Assembly: GCA_018812345.1 (NCBI GenBank)
Contig: JAHJDR010000077.1
Coordinates: 1 to 34,562, forward strand
Length of the DNA stretch: 34,562 bases
Source: a bacterium
GTDB taxonomy: Bacteria > UBA10199 > JADGCS01
Direction: 5' to 3'
Positions 8,956-17,645 of the stretch are shown here, piece by piece. Each line of letters starts with the position of its first letter. Position 1 is the first letter of the stretch. The notes beneath the pieces are model-generated. The model was not told the origin of the DNA. It worked only from the letters and a program-made list of their open reading frames with translations, and did no database searches. Position numbers and translations under genes: made by a program.

Positions 8956-9399
8956 ATGTTGCTTAATCAACTGAAGGCTCCAAAAGGTGCTAGAAAAAAC
9001 AAAAAAAGAGTAGGGCGTGGTGAATCTTCCGGTTTAGGAAAAACGAGTGGCCGTGGTCATAAAGGACAAAAAGCTCGTTCTGGTGGTTACCATAAAGTTG
9101 GTTTTGAAGGTGGTCAAATGCCTTTGAAACGACGTTTGCCCAAACGCGGATTTACTAATATTTTTAGAAAAGAATATGCTGTTATCAACGTATGTGACTT
9201 GAATCGTTATAAAGATCAGCCTGAGGTTGATTTGGTTTTAGTTGTTGGTAACAAACAGAAGAAGATCAAAAATTTAGAAGGTCTAAAAATCTTAGGAAAT
9301 GGCAATATTGATTTTGCTTTGACAGTAAAAGCAAAGAAATTTTCTCAAATTGCCAAAGAAAAGATTGAAAAGGCTGGTGGTAAGGCAATTGTCATCTAA
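8956..9399 (+). CDS. rplO: 50S ribosomal protein L15 (uL15)
   Basis: 147 aa with [26 protein letters not shown]. Confidence 0.95.
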   Translation: MLLNQLKAPKGARKNKKRVGRGESSGLGKTSGRGHKGQKARSGGYHKVGFEGGQMPLKRRLPKRGFTNIFRKEYAVINVCDLNRYKDQPEVDLVLVVGNKQKKIKNLEGLKILGNGNIDFALTVKAKKFSQIAKEKIEKAGGKAIVI

Positions 9400-9442
9400 G
9401 GTCAGACAAAAAGGAATAATAGGCTTTTTATAAGGAGTTGTT

Positions 9443-10759
9443 TTGTCAAATCCAATAGTGAACTTAACCAAGATGCCTGATTTGCGACGTCGCTTGGTAT
9501 ATACAGCTGTGATGCTAGCCATTTATAGATTAGGTGTTTTTATTCCCACGCCGGGAATTAATGTTGAAAAACTCAGAACCTTATTTACAGGAACTGGCGA
9601 TCAACAAACGATCTTTGAAATTATTAATTTGTTTTCTGGTGGTGCTTTAGAGCAATTCTCTATTTTTGCTCTGGGAATTATGCCCTACATTAGCGCGTCA
9701 ATTATTTTTCAATTGTTAACTGTTTCTCTTCCTGCCTTGAAAAAGTTGCAGGAGGAAGGAGAAGCTGGTCGCAATAAGATTAATCAATGGACTCGTTATG
9801 GCACAGTTGGTTTATCTCTACTCCAAGGTTTCTTTATTAGTTATGGTTTATTGAACCAAGGGTATGTGATGGGAACTGTCAGCGCACCTCGTTTCTTGTT
9901 CACAACAATGATCAGTTTAGCAGCTGGTACGTGTTTCATCATGTGGTTGGGTGAGCAAATAACAGAGCGTGGTGTTGGTAATGGTATTTCTTTGATCATT
10001 TTCTCAGGTATCGTAGCACGTATGCCCGGTGGCTTTCGTGATGCTTGGGTCAATCGAGGAGATTACTTTGGTGTATTTGGCTTTGTCATGCTTCTTGGTT
10101 TTCTCTTTTTATTGATTTCAACCATTATCTTTTTTGAGAGATGCCAAAGAAAGGTGCCCATTCATTTTGCCAAACGAATTGTAGGGAACAAGATGTATGG
10201 TGGTCAATCATCACATCTGCCTTTAAAAATAAATATGGCAGGCGTGATTCCTCCTATTTTTGCATCATCTATTTTGTTGTTTCCCGCTACGATTGCTAAT
10301 TTTAGTTCGTCAACAAAGTTTCAAGCCGTAGCTAGTTTTTTCACAACAAATTGGGTTTATGTTACTCTGTATGTCGGTGCGATTATCTTTTTCACTTATT
10401 TCTATACAGCAGTGACCTTTAACCCTTCAGATGTGGCTGATAACTTAAAGCGTAATGGTGGTTTTATTCCAGGCATTAGACCCGGGAATCCCACAAGTGA
10501 TTATTTAGATAATATCTTAACAAGAATCACATTGGGCGGTGCTTTATATTTATCTTTAGTGTGTATTTTGCCACAGTTTTTGATTTCTCAATTTAATATT
10601 CCATCAAGCTTAGCTTATACATTTGGTGGAACATCTGTCTTGATTGTTGTTGGGGTCGCGATGGATACTGTCGCTCAATTAGAGTCCCATTTAATCTCAA
10701 GAAACTATGATGGTTTCATGGGAGGGGCAAAATCAGGCCGATTTAAAGGAAGAAAGTAA
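9443..10759 (+). CDS. secY: Preprotein translocase subunit SecY
   Basis: 438 aa. A TTG start lies about 6 nt after AAGGAG. It is a multi-pass membrane protein with ALGIMPYISASIIFQLL and GISLIIFSGIV motifs. Synteny supports the call. Confidence 0.95.
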   Translation: MSNPIVNLTKMPDLRRRLVYTAVMLAIYRLGVFIPTPGINVEKLRTLFTGTGDQQTIFEIINLFSGGALEQFSIFALGIMPYISASIIFQLLTVSLPALKKLQEEGEAGRNKINQWTRYGTVGLSLLQGFFISYGLLNQGYVMGTVSAPRFLFTTMISLAAGTCFIMWLGEQITERGVGNGISLIIFSGIVARMPGGFRDAWVNRGDYFGVFGFVMLLGFLFLLISTIIFFERCQRKVPIHFAKRIVGNKMYGGQSSHLPLKINMAGVIPPIFASSILLFPATIANFSSSTKFQAVASFFTTNWVYVTLYVGAIIFFTYFYTAVTFNPSDVADNLKRNGGFIPGIRPGNPTSDYLDNILTRITLGGALYLSLVCILPQFLISQFNIPSSLAYTFGGTSVLIVVGVAMDTVAQLESHLISRNYDGFMGGAKSGRFKGRK

Positions 10760-11403
10760 TGAATTTAATTTTATTAGGACCTCCAGGAGCTGGAAAAGGA
10801 ACGCAAGCGCATTGGATTTGTGAAAAATTGGGTATTCCCCAAGTTTCAACAGGAGATATATTGCGAGCGGCTCGTAAGGATCAGACAGAACTTGGCAAAC
10901 AAGCAGAAACATATATGGTAGCGGGCAAGCTTGTTCCTGATGAGGTTGTTATTGGTATTGTACAAGAAAGATTGAAAGAAACAGATTGTTTAGAAGGTTA
11001 TGTGCTTGATGGTTTTCCTCGTACAGCAAATCAAGCATTGGCACTTAAAGAAACATTAGCCGCTAATAACACTCAAATAAATGCTGTTATTAGCATCAAT
11101 GTTCCTGATGATTTATTGGTGACAAGACTTTGTGGTCGTCGTGTTTGTAGTCAGTGTGGCGCTAGTTTTCACATTTCTTTTTCACCAAGCAAAACAGAAG
11201 GTGTTTGTGACCAGTGTAGTGGTTCACTGATGCAACGAAAAGATGATACAGAAGAGACAATTAGAGAGCGTCTCAATGTTTATCATGAGCAAACCAAACC
11301 CTTAATTAATTTTTATAAAGGGGAGAATGTGTTGCAATCGATTGATGGAACAGGTGAGATCAGTGATGTATGGTCAAGAATTAATAATATTTTAGGCAAA
11401 TGA
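10759..11403 (+). CDS. adk: Adenylate kinase with a zinc-binding lid
   Basis: 214 aa with a GPPGAGKGTQ P-loop. The lid carries CSQC...CDQC. There is a 1-nt overlap (TAATG) with secY. Confidence 0.95.
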   Translation: MNLILLGPPGAGKGTQAHWICEKLGIPQVSTGDILRAARKDQTELGKQAETYMVAGKLVPDEVVIGIVQERLKETDCLEGYVLDGFPRTANQALALKETLAANNTQINAVISINVPDDLLVTRLCGRRVCSQCGASFHISFSPSKTEGVCDQCSGSLMQRKDDTEETIRERLNVYHEQTKPLINFYKGENVLQSIDGTGEISDVWSRINNILGK

Positions 11404-11404
11404 T

Positions 11405-12157
11405 GTGATTGTCATAAAGTCTAAAGAAGAAATAAACAAAATGCGACAAGCGGGTAAGATTGTCGCTGATGTTCTTTATAAACTGAATGAGTTAGTAAAG
11501 CCTGGTGTAACGACTGAAGAGCTTGATTGTATTGCTCGTGATTACATTGAGTCGCAAGGCGGTGTCCCAACTTTTCTTGGTTATCATGGATTTCCACGTT
11601 CATTGTGTACATCCATCAATGAAGAAGTTGTGCATGGTATTCCCAGTCCAAAACGATTGTTAGAAGAGGGGGATATCATCAGTGTTGATTGCGGTGTTAC
11701 TTTGAATGGTTTTATTGGTGATGCAGCCGTAACGTATCCTGTTGGTTCAATCGATAAAGATGTTGAGCGACTGATTACGGGTACGCAGAAATCATTAGAG
11801 CGTGCGATTACAGCTGTTTTAGTGGATAATCGGATAGGTGATATTGGACATGCTGTTCAGTCCGTTGCAAAAGAATATAAACTGGGTGTTGTTCGTGATT
11901 TTGTTGGCCACGGTGTTGGTCGTAACATGCATGAAGAACCGCAGGTTCCTAATTTTGGGAAACCAGGAACAGGTCCTCGTTTAAGAGCGGGTATGGTGAT
12001 TGCTATTGAACCCATGCTGAATTTAGGTTCGCATGAAGTAGAAGTGTTAGATGATAAGTGGACAGTTGTGACAAAAGATCGTAAATGGTCAGCCCACTTT
12101 GAGCATACCATAGCAGTGACAGAAGAAGGACCAGAGATATTAACTCGGTATGAATAA
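11405..12157 (+). CDS. map: Methionine aminopeptidase type I
   Basis: 250 aa with a GTG start. [16 protein letters not shown], the metal-site context VVHGIP...SVDCG...GDAA...GHGVG...IEPM...EHT are present. Confidence 0.93.
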   Translation: MIVIKSKEEINKMRQAGKIVADVLYKLNELVKPGVTTEELDCIARDYIESQGGVPTFLGYHGFPRSLCTSINEEVVHGIPSPKRLLEEGDIISVDCGVTLNGFIGDAAVTYPVGSIDKDVERLITGTQKSLERAITAVLVDNRIGDIGHAVQSVAKEYKLGVVRDFVGHGVGRNMHEEPQVPNFGKPGTGPRLRAGMVIAIEPMLNLGSHEVEVLDDKWTVVTKDRKWSAHFEHTIAVTEEGPEILTRYE

Positions 12158-12168
12158 ATGGTGATGAC

Positions 12169-12390
12169 ATGGCAAAAGAAGATGTCATAGAAGTAGAAGG
12201 AAAAGTTATTGAACCATTGCCTAACGCAATGTTTCGTGTAGAACTCCCTAATGGGCACAAAATTTTGGCCCATATTTCAGGGAAAATGCGTATGCATTTT
12301 ATTAAAATTTTGCCTGGTGATAAGGTTAAGGTACAGTTATCTCCTTATGACTTAAATCGTGGACGCATTGTTTTCCGCGATAAGGGCTAA
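12169..12390 (+). CDS. infA: Translation initiation factor IF-1
   Basis: 73 aa with [41 protein letters not shown]. Confidence 0.96.
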   Translation: MAKEDVIEVEGKVIEPLPNAMFRVELPNGHKILAHISGKMRMHFIKILPGDKVKVQLSPYDLNRGRIVFRDKG

Positions 12391-12410
12391 AATTAAAATA
12401 GGTTGTTATT

Positions 12411-12524
12411 ATGAAAGTAAGATCTTCAGTAAAAAAAATGTGTGAAAAATGCAACATCATCAAACGTCGAGGTGTTGTACGAATTATTTGTAAGAACCCA
12501 AGACACAAACAAAAGCAAGGCTAG
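12411..12524 (+). CDS. rpmJ: 50S ribosomal protein L36 (bL36), zinc-binding form
   Basis: Hand-translated. The 37 aa read [37 protein letters not shown], with a CxxC...C...H pattern. Confidence 0.92.
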   Translation: MKVRSSVKKMCEKCNIIKRRGVVRIICKNPRHKQKQG

Positions 12525-12541
12525 TGTAGGGATACAAATTT

Positions 12542-12596
12542 TTGAATTTCGGATTTCGAATTTGTTTCGGATTTCGGATTTCGATTTTAGGATTTA
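12542..12596 (+). repeat. ATTTCGG-heptamer hairpin element in the rpmJ-rpsM spacer, homologous to 7104-7160
   Basis: GTTTCGGATTTCGGATTTCGATTTTAGGATTTAAGGA aligns almost base for base with GTTTCGGATTTCGGTATTCGAGTTTCGGATTTAAGGA at 7131-7167. In the fold 12542-12560 / 12566-12584 with loop TTTGT, about 17 of 20 positions pair, 4 of them G-U. Confidence 0.85.
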
Positions 12597-12607
12597 AGGA
12601 GAAAGAG

Positions 12608-12991
12608 ATGCCACGTATTGCTGGTGTAAATATTCCAGGGAATAAAAAACTGCCCTATGCGTTACAATACATTTATGGTATTGGAAAAACATTTGCTTTG
12701 GAAATTGTTGAAAAAACAGGGATTAATCCTGAAACCAGAGCTGATGACCTAAATGATGATGAAATGGCAAAGATTCGTTATCTCTTAGAAAATGACTACA
12801 CGGTTGAAGGTGAACTGCGTCGTGATATCACAATGAATATAAGACGATTGATGGAAATCGGATCTTATCGTGGTATACGTCATCGTAAAGGGTTGCCCGT
12901 TAACGGTCAGCGCACAAAAACGAATGCGCGTACACGTAAAGGCCCAAGAAAGACAGTGGCTGGTAAGAAAAAGGCACCTACATCCAAGTAA
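12608..12991 (+). CDS. rpsM: 30S ribosomal protein S13 (uS13)
   Basis: 127 aa from ATG 12608 ([14 protein letters not shown]...). AAGGAGA lies at 12596-12602. The track's 12542 start would translate the repeat spacer. Confidence 0.94.
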   Translation: MPRIAGVNIPGNKKLPYALQYIYGIGKTFALEIVEKTGINPETRADDLNDDEMAKIRYLLENDYTVEGELRRDITMNIRRLMEIGSYRGIRHRKGLPVNGQRTKTNARTRKGPRKTVAGKKKAPTSK

Positions 12992-13012
12992 TAATTAAGC
13001 CAAGGAGTAAAA

Positions 13013-13447
13013 ATGGCAACGACCACGGAAACTACAAAAAAAACGACTAAGCCCAAAGGTAAAGCAGCGGCCGGTAAGAGAAAGAAAAAAGTAAAAAAGA
13101 ATGTATCAGAAGGTATTGTACATATCCATGCAACATTCAATAACACCATAATAACAGTAACTGATAAAATTGGTGATGTTATTTGTTGGTCAAGCGCTGG
13201 AAATATGGGCTTTAAAGGGTCTAAAAAATCAACCCCCTTTGCCGCTCAACTTGCTTCAGAAGAAGTGGCTAAGCGTGCACAAGAAAATGGTGTTAGATCA
13301 GTTGTTGTGTATGTAAAAGGACCTGGTGCAGGACGTGAAACTGCTTTGAAAGCTTTAGGACATGCAGGTTTGAGAGTGCAACGCATTCAAGATGTGACTC
13401 CCATACCTCATAATGGTTGTCGACCACCAAAGAAGAGAAGAGTTTAA
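13013..13447 (+). CDS. rpsK: 30S ribosomal protein S11 (uS11)
   Basis: 144 aa with [18 protein letters not shown] and a basic N-terminal tail. Confidence 0.95.
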   Translation: MATTTETTKKTTKPKGKAAAGKRKKKVKKNVSEGIVHIHATFNNTIITVTDKIGDVICWSSAGNMGFKGSKKSTPFAAQLASEEVAKRAQENGVRSVVVYVKGPGAGRETALKALGHAGLRVQRIQDVTPIPHNGCRPPKKRRV

Positions 13448-13457
13448 TGAAAGAAGA

Positions 13458-13528
13458 AAGCTGAAAGCTGAAAGGTGAAAGGTGAAAGGGAATGCTTCCT
13501 TTGACCTTTGAGCCTTGAGCTATCAGCT
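13458..13528 (+). repeat. AAGSTGA-heptamer hairpin in the rpsK-rpsD spacer
   Basis: AAGCTGA x2 and AAGGTGA x2 sit opposite TTCCTTT GACCTTT GAGCCTT GAGCTAT CAGCT. By my hand count 25 of 31 positions pair, with a recurring G-G mismatch once per 7-nt unit. Confidence 0.85.
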
Positions 13529-13536
13529 AGAAGATT

Positions 13537-14163
13537 ATGGCACGATATAATGATGCAGTATGCAAGAAATGCCGACGAGAAGGCATGAAGCTGTTTATTA
13601 AAGGTGAACGTTGTTATTCTGAGAAATGCGCGATTGAACGTCGTGAATATCCACCAGGGCAACACGGTCAAGGTAGACGAAAGTTTTCAGAATATGGCTC
13701 ACAGCTTCGTGAAAAACAAAAAATCAAACGTATCTATGGTGTTCTCGAAAAACAATTTCGTAAGATTTTCTGGGAAGCTGATAGACGAAAAGGTGTTACA
13801 GGTGACAACCTGATTCAACTTTTAGAAGCCCGTTTAGACAACATGGTTTATCGTCTAGGATTCGCTAACTCTCGTACAGAAGCCAGATTACTTATTGGTC
13901 AAAGACATTTCATGGTAAATGGAAAAACAGTGACTATTCCATCGTACATTACAAAAGCTGGCGATGAAATTGTTGTGAGAGAAAAAAGTAAAAAAATGAC
14001 ACGTATTGAAGAGTCTTTAAAAGCTGTTCAAAGACGTGGCGTTCCTGAATGGCTTGATCTTGATGAGACAAAATATTTGGGTAAAGTTAAGATGCTTCCA
14101 CAACGTGTACAAATTACAATGCCCATGAATGAACAATTAGTAGTTGAACTATATTCTAAATAG
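13537..14163 (+). CDS. rpsD: 30S ribosomal protein S4 (uS4)
   Basis: 208 aa with [26 protein letters not shown] and an S4-domain [12 protein letters not shown]. Confidence 0.95.
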   Translation: MARYNDAVCKKCRREGMKLFIKGERCYSEKCAIERREYPPGQHGQGRRKFSEYGSQLREKQKIKRIYGVLEKQFRKIFWEADRRKGVTGDNLIQLLEARLDNMVYRLGFANSRTEARLLIGQRHFMVNGKTVTIPSYITKAGDEIVVREKSKKMTRIEESLKAVQRRGVPEWLDLDETKYLGKVKMLPQRVQITMPMNEQLVVELYSK

Positions 14164-14221
14164 GTAATGGGGTATAGGTTACAGGTTCCGGGAAATTTTT
14201 TCTGTCTGTTACCAGTTACCC
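14163..14221 (+). repeat. GGTWAYR-heptamer hairpin in the rpsD-rpoA spacer
   Basis: GGTAATG GGGTATA GGTTACA GGTTCCG sit opposite CTGTCTG TTACCAG TTACCC. The stems are 14170-14174 / 14217-14221 and 14177-14186 / 14204-14213, the latter with one U-U mismatch and two G-U pairs. Confidence 0.75.
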
Positions 14222-14244
14222 ACAAATAAAGGTGAGGATATAAT

Positions 14245-15282
14245 ATGAGTATTCCCATATATAAAAATTGGAGAAGTCTAATTCGGCCTAAGTTTATTGA
14301 AGTAGATAAAGACTCTCGTACAGATAGCTATGCTAAGTTTATTGCAAAGCCTCTTGAGAGAGGTTTTGGTTTAACTCTAGGCAATGCTTTGCGTCGTATT
14401 TTACTCAGCTCACTCCAAGGTGCTTCGATTACAGCTATAAAAATAGAGGGTGTGCAACATGAGTTTTCAACTGTGCCAGGTGTAAAAGAAGATGTTGTGA
14501 ACATTATTCTTAATCTTAAAAAGGTTAAGTTGAAATTACTTGATTCTGAATTTGCAAAAGTACGTTTGCATATCACGGAATCTGGTATTGTGACAGCTGG
14601 TGATATTGATACAGGTGGTCAAGTTGAAATTTTGAATCCTGATCAAATAATCATGACCCTTTCAGAAGATGCCAAAATTGATATGGAAATCGATGTTGAA
14701 ATGGGTAAAGGCTATGTGTTGTCAGAAGAGAATAAAAAAGAAGACGCGCCTTTAGGAACGATCTTTATTGATTCTCATTTCGCTCCTGTCTCAAAAGCTA
14801 ATTACACAGTAACTAACGCTCGTGTGGGACAAGTAACGGATTATGATAGACTGAATTTAGAAGTTTGGACTAACGGTTCTTTAACACCAGAAGATGCGGT
14901 AGCTTTTGCTGCTAAAATTCTAAAGGATCAGGTTCAGGTTTTTGTTAATTTTGATGAATATGAAGAACCAGAAGAAGAAGTTGTTATTGAACATGATAAC
15001 AGTTTCAATGAGAATTTGAATCGTCGTGTTGATGAGTTAGAACTCTCCGTTCGTTCAGCGAATTGCCTTCAAAATGCTAATATTAGACATATTGGCGAAT
15101 TGGTTCAAAAAACTGAAATGGAAATGCTTCGCACAAAGAATTTTGGCCGTAAATCACTCAATGAGATTAAAGAAATTCTCACAGAGATGGGACTTGGTTT
15201 AGGTATGAAAATTGGAGAAGCGTGGAGACCTCCTGAAGGACCACAAGTTGTGCGAAAAGTTGAAGAAGAATTAGAATACTAG
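14245..15282 (+). CDS. rpoA: DNA-directed RNA polymerase alpha subunit
   Basis: 345 aa with an [17 protein letters not shown]-terminal domain and [23 protein letters not shown] in the C-terminal HhH domain. Confidence 0.96.
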   Translation: MSIPIYKNWRSLIRPKFIEVDKDSRTDSYAKFIAKPLERGFGLTLGNALRRILLSSLQGASITAIKIEGVQHEFSTVPGVKEDVVNIILNLKKVKLKLLDSEFAKVRLHITESGIVTAGDIDTGGQVEILNPDQIIMTLSEDAKIDMEIDVEMGKGYVLSEENKKEDAPLGTIFIDSHFAPVSKANYTVTNARVGQVTDYDRLNLEVWTNGSLTPEDAVAFAAKILKDQVQVFVNFDEYEEPEEEVVIEHDNSFNENLNRRVDELELSVRSANCLQNANIRHIGELVQKTEMEMLRTKNFGRKSLNEIKEILTEMGLGLGMKIGEAWRPPEGPQVVRKVEEELEY

Positions 15283-15283
15283 A

Positions 15284-15346
15284 TAGCTATTAGTAATCAG
15301 TAATCAGCTATCAGTATAATACTGAAGTCTGACGTCTGAAAGCTTA
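15284..15346 (+). repeat. CAGYWAT-heptamer hairpin in the rpoA-rplQ spacer
   Basis: TAGCTAT TAGTAAT CAGTAAT CAGCTAT CAGTATA sit opposite ATACTGA AGTCTGA CGTCTGA AAGCTTA. The apical stem is 15311-15316 / 15320-15325. Further out, only the TCAG/CTGA cores pair, at 7-nt period. Confidence 0.75.
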
Positions 15347-15360
15347 AGGATGAGGTAAAT

Positions 15361-15975
15361 ATGAGACACCAAGTTGCTGGAAGAAAACTAGGTAAAAAAA
15401 CAGCACATAGATTAGCCATGTTGCGTAATATGTCTACTTCCTTGATTAAGCATGGTCGTATTAAAACGACATTGCCAAAAGCCAAGGAACTTAGAAAAGT
15501 GGCTGATAAATTAATTACTCTAGGAAAAGCAAATACATTGCATGCGCGTCGTCAGGCTTTTGATTTTTTGCGCAGTAGGGATGCCGTACAAAAGCTTTTT
15601 GCTGAAATAGCCCCTGCTTTTACAAAAAGAATGGGTGGTTACACACGCATTTATCACATGGGTTCACGAGCTGGTGATGCTGCCAAAATGGCTATCATTG
15701 AGTATCTAGCAGAAGATATTCTTACAGCTAAAGTAGACGGCACTGTTACTGAAGACACAGCAAAAAAGAAAAAAACAGATAAGAAAAAAGTAACTAAGAA
15801 AGCCAAAGCTGAAACAAAAGCGCCAAAGAAGGAAGCAAAAACAGAAAAGAAAACAACAGTGAAGAAAGCTCCTGCTAAAGAAAAGGTTACTGAGAAAAAA
15901 GCTAAGGCAACAACTAAAAAACCAGCTGAAAAGAAAGCGGCAACGAAAAAGCCCGCTGCTAAAAAGACAAAGTAG
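15361..15975 (+). CDS. rplQ: 50S ribosomal protein L17 (bL17) with a Lys/Ala/Thr-rich C-terminal tail of about 85 aa
   Basis: 204 aa. The conserved core runs [24 protein letters not shown]...[28 protein letters not shown](A/T)-rich tail follows from residue ~120. Confidence 0.93.
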   Translation: MRHQVAGRKLGKKTAHRLAMLRNMSTSLIKHGRIKTTLPKAKELRKVADKLITLGKANTLHARRQAFDFLRSRDAVQKLFAEIAPAFTKRMGGYTRIYHMGSRAGDAAKMAIIEYLAEDILTAKVDGTVTEDTAKKKKTDKKKVTKKAKAETKAPKKEAKTEKKTTVKKAPAKEKVTEKKAKATTKKPAEKKAATKKPAAKKTK

Positions 15976-16003
15976 TTTTCTGATAAAATAAAATTATAAC
16001 ATG

Positions 16004-16036
16004 AACCCGGTATTACTAAGTGATACCGGGTTTTTT
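16004..16036 (+). terminator. Rho-independent terminator of the ribosomal superoperon
   Basis: A 10-bp perfect stem pairs AACCCGGTAT (16004-16013) with ATACCGGGTT (16023-16032) around a 9-nt loop. It runs into a T6 tract at 16031-16036, 29 nt after the rplQ stop. Confidence 0.85.
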
Positions 16037-16040
16037 ATTG

Positions 16041-16160
16041 CGTCAAGCGTTCATCGTCTATCGTCTAGCGTTAGAGAAACAAATACGCTAGATTCCGCAA
16101 ACGGGGCAGGCGACAGACGCTAGACGACAGACCCCGCAAACGGGGCAGGCGACAAACGCT
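16041..16160. repeat. Composite repeat in the convergent rplQ/pelG spacer: CTAKCGT heptamers, an ACGCTAG inverted copy, and two tandem copies of CCGCAAACGGGGCAGGCGACARACGCT
   Basis: TCTAGCGT (16063-16070) pairs with ACGCTAGA (16084-16091) as an 8-bp perfect stem. A ~29-nt unit is repeated at 16094-16122 and 16133-16160 with a 39-nt period. Each copy contains a C(C)CCG-CAAA-CGGGG hairpin. Confidence 0.85.
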
Positions 16161-17552
16161 CTAAGAAGTTTGCTTATGCACAATAATTTTCTGATTTACA
16201 AATGTATAGAAAAGTAGGTGTTTGATACGATAGTTAAATATCACAAATCCCATAAGAAGCGAGATAAGACAGCTGCCAAAATACCCATAACCATACCAAG
16301 AAAATCCTAGATAAATAGAAAGACGTGCAAAAACAATATTAGTGACGGCAAAGATAATAGACATAATCAGGGCATCTGTTCTAAAATCAAAGTACAAAAT
16401 GATAATTAAGAGTGTCTGTAGCAAGGCTTGGAGAAACGTTGCTAAAATGGCAATTTGAAAAACACCTAAGTTAACGGCAGACATGCTGAGATAGTCATAA
16501 ATAACTGGCGAGAGTCCTAAGCCAACCATAGTGATAGTGCCTTGGAGGACAAGGAGACGTCCCAAACTTAATTGAAGATCTTTAATGATGTTTTTCCGGC
16601 GTTCTTCAATGGCAAAATAGGGGTGTTTGTTTAATATAGAAAGAAAATATTTCTGATAATGTATGTAAAAACTTGTTTCAATGCGTACCGTAAACATAGC
16701 CAAAGAGGGAACAATAAAGAGGTAGGCCAAAAAGACTGGTGTGTCATAAACATAGGATGCATGCAGAAAGTTGTGAACCTTTTCATTCGTTTCCGGGGTA
16801 AACCAGAAGACAAATTTATCACCCCAGACACCAATATTATAGAAGGTTGCAATAAAGGCCAGAGAGGCAAAGCGTTTAAAGTATGATATAAAATACCATT
16901 CAACACGCATTCGATAGTCAAATTCTGTGAATATCTGGAGAACAAGTAAAATGACTAATACAACTTGGCCCATCGTAAATCCTGAAATAAGTCCCATGAG
17001 ACCGTAGTCAGAGCAAAGAAAACGGCCTGCCAACACACTAATGCTGGCACCAATGAGAAAAGAAATAAACAATCGGTGGAATTCCTTTGCTGCTGACAGC
17101 ACAATCATGGCAATCCAAAGAATGCCGATATTGACAAAGAGGACAATAGCCATGATTTCTGTTCCAAAATCAAGATCAAGGTACAGAATGCCTACAAACC
17201 CAATAATAGCGTGTAGGATCATAGAGAGTATGGTCATACCAACAAAAGAGGGCACAAGGGCCTTGTAGTCCTTGAGGAATATCTTATCTGCCATGTAGCG
17301 TGTGATAATCATTTGCGCTGGAGACGAGGTAACAAGTGATACACCATAAATGTAAACGACGAGTGTGCGAAAAATCATGACATCTAATGAACTTACGCGA
17401 TCATTTGCTACCCAACTGAGTAAGGCGATAGAAAAAATCGTACATAAAAGAGGGCCTGCAGAAACCATAGCAGCATAGGCATAGCCTTCTAAGAGGTTTG
17501 TATAAGAGTTTTTCGAGAGGATTTTTTCTAATCTAAATCCAATTCCAGCCAT
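16161..17552 (-). CDS. pelG: PelG-like polysaccharide export / synthase-complex membrane protein
   Basis: 463 aa and about 12 hydrophobic helices. The N-terminus MAGIGFRLEKILSKNSYTNLLEGYAYAAMVSAGP matches my memory of the PelG MAGIGF... start. It is the last gene after pelF, as in pel operons. Confidence 0.8.
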   Translation of the reverse strand: MAGIGFRLEKILSKNSYTNLLEGYAYAAMVSAGPLLCTIFSIALLSWVANDRVSSLDVMIFRTLVVYIYGVSLVTSSPAQMIITRYMADKIFLKDYKALVPSFVGMTILSMILHAIIGFVGILYLDLDFGTEIMAIVLFVNIGILWIAMIVLSAAKEFHRLFISFLIGASISVLAGRFLCSDYGLMGLISGFTMGQVVLVILLVLQIFTEFDYRMRVEWYFISYFKRFASLAFIATFYNIGVWGDKFVFWFTPETNEKVHNFLHASYVYDTPVFLAYLFIVPSLAMFTVRIETSFYIHYQKYFLSILNKHPYFAIEERRKNIIKDLQLSLGRLLVLQGTITMVGLGLSPVIYDYLSMSAVNLGVFQIAILATFLQALLQTLLIIILYFDFRTDALIMSIIFAVTNIVFARLSIYLGFSWYGYGYFGSCLISLLMGFVIFNYRIKHLLFYTFVNQKIIVHKQTS

Positions 17553-17562
17553 AAATCGGTTT

Positions 17563-17644
17563 CCGTTTTCCGTTATCCGTTATCCGTTTTCCGTTGTCTC
17601 TTTTGGTTTTCTGTTTACGGGAACCGGACAACGGTCAACGAGCA
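17563..17644 (-). repeat. CCGTTWT-heptamer hairpin inside the pel-like operon, in the pelF-pelG spacer
   Basis: On the plus strand, CCGTTTT CCGTTAT CCGTTAT CCGTTTT CCGTTGT (17563-17597) sit opposite ACGGGAA CCGGACA ACGGTCA ACGAGCA (17617-17644). For 17577-17594 / 17617-17634, 16 of 18 positions pair on either strand. Confidence 0.8.
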
Positions 17645-17645
17645 A

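Noticed and set aside
11857-12273. 138-aa minus-strand ORF antisense to map/infA, plus similar antisense ORFs at 8147-8506, 4395-4676, 12907-13149 and 14328-14576
   Set aside because: They are antisense shadows inside strongly conserved genes, with no RBS and biased, unfamiliar composition.
16004-16036. Bidirectional terminator also serving pelG
   Set aside because: On the minus strand the stem is followed by TTCATGTT rather than a U run. The A tract lies upstream of the stem in that orientation, so it is convincing only for the plus-strand operon.
16041-16160. Possible CRISPR array or tRNA/ncRNA gene in the repeat-rich rplQ/pelG spacer
   Set aside because: The units are 7 nt or about 29 nt with a 39-nt period and only two copies. 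There are no unique spacers of CRISPR size, no cas genes, and no tRNA-like T-arm or anticodon structure.
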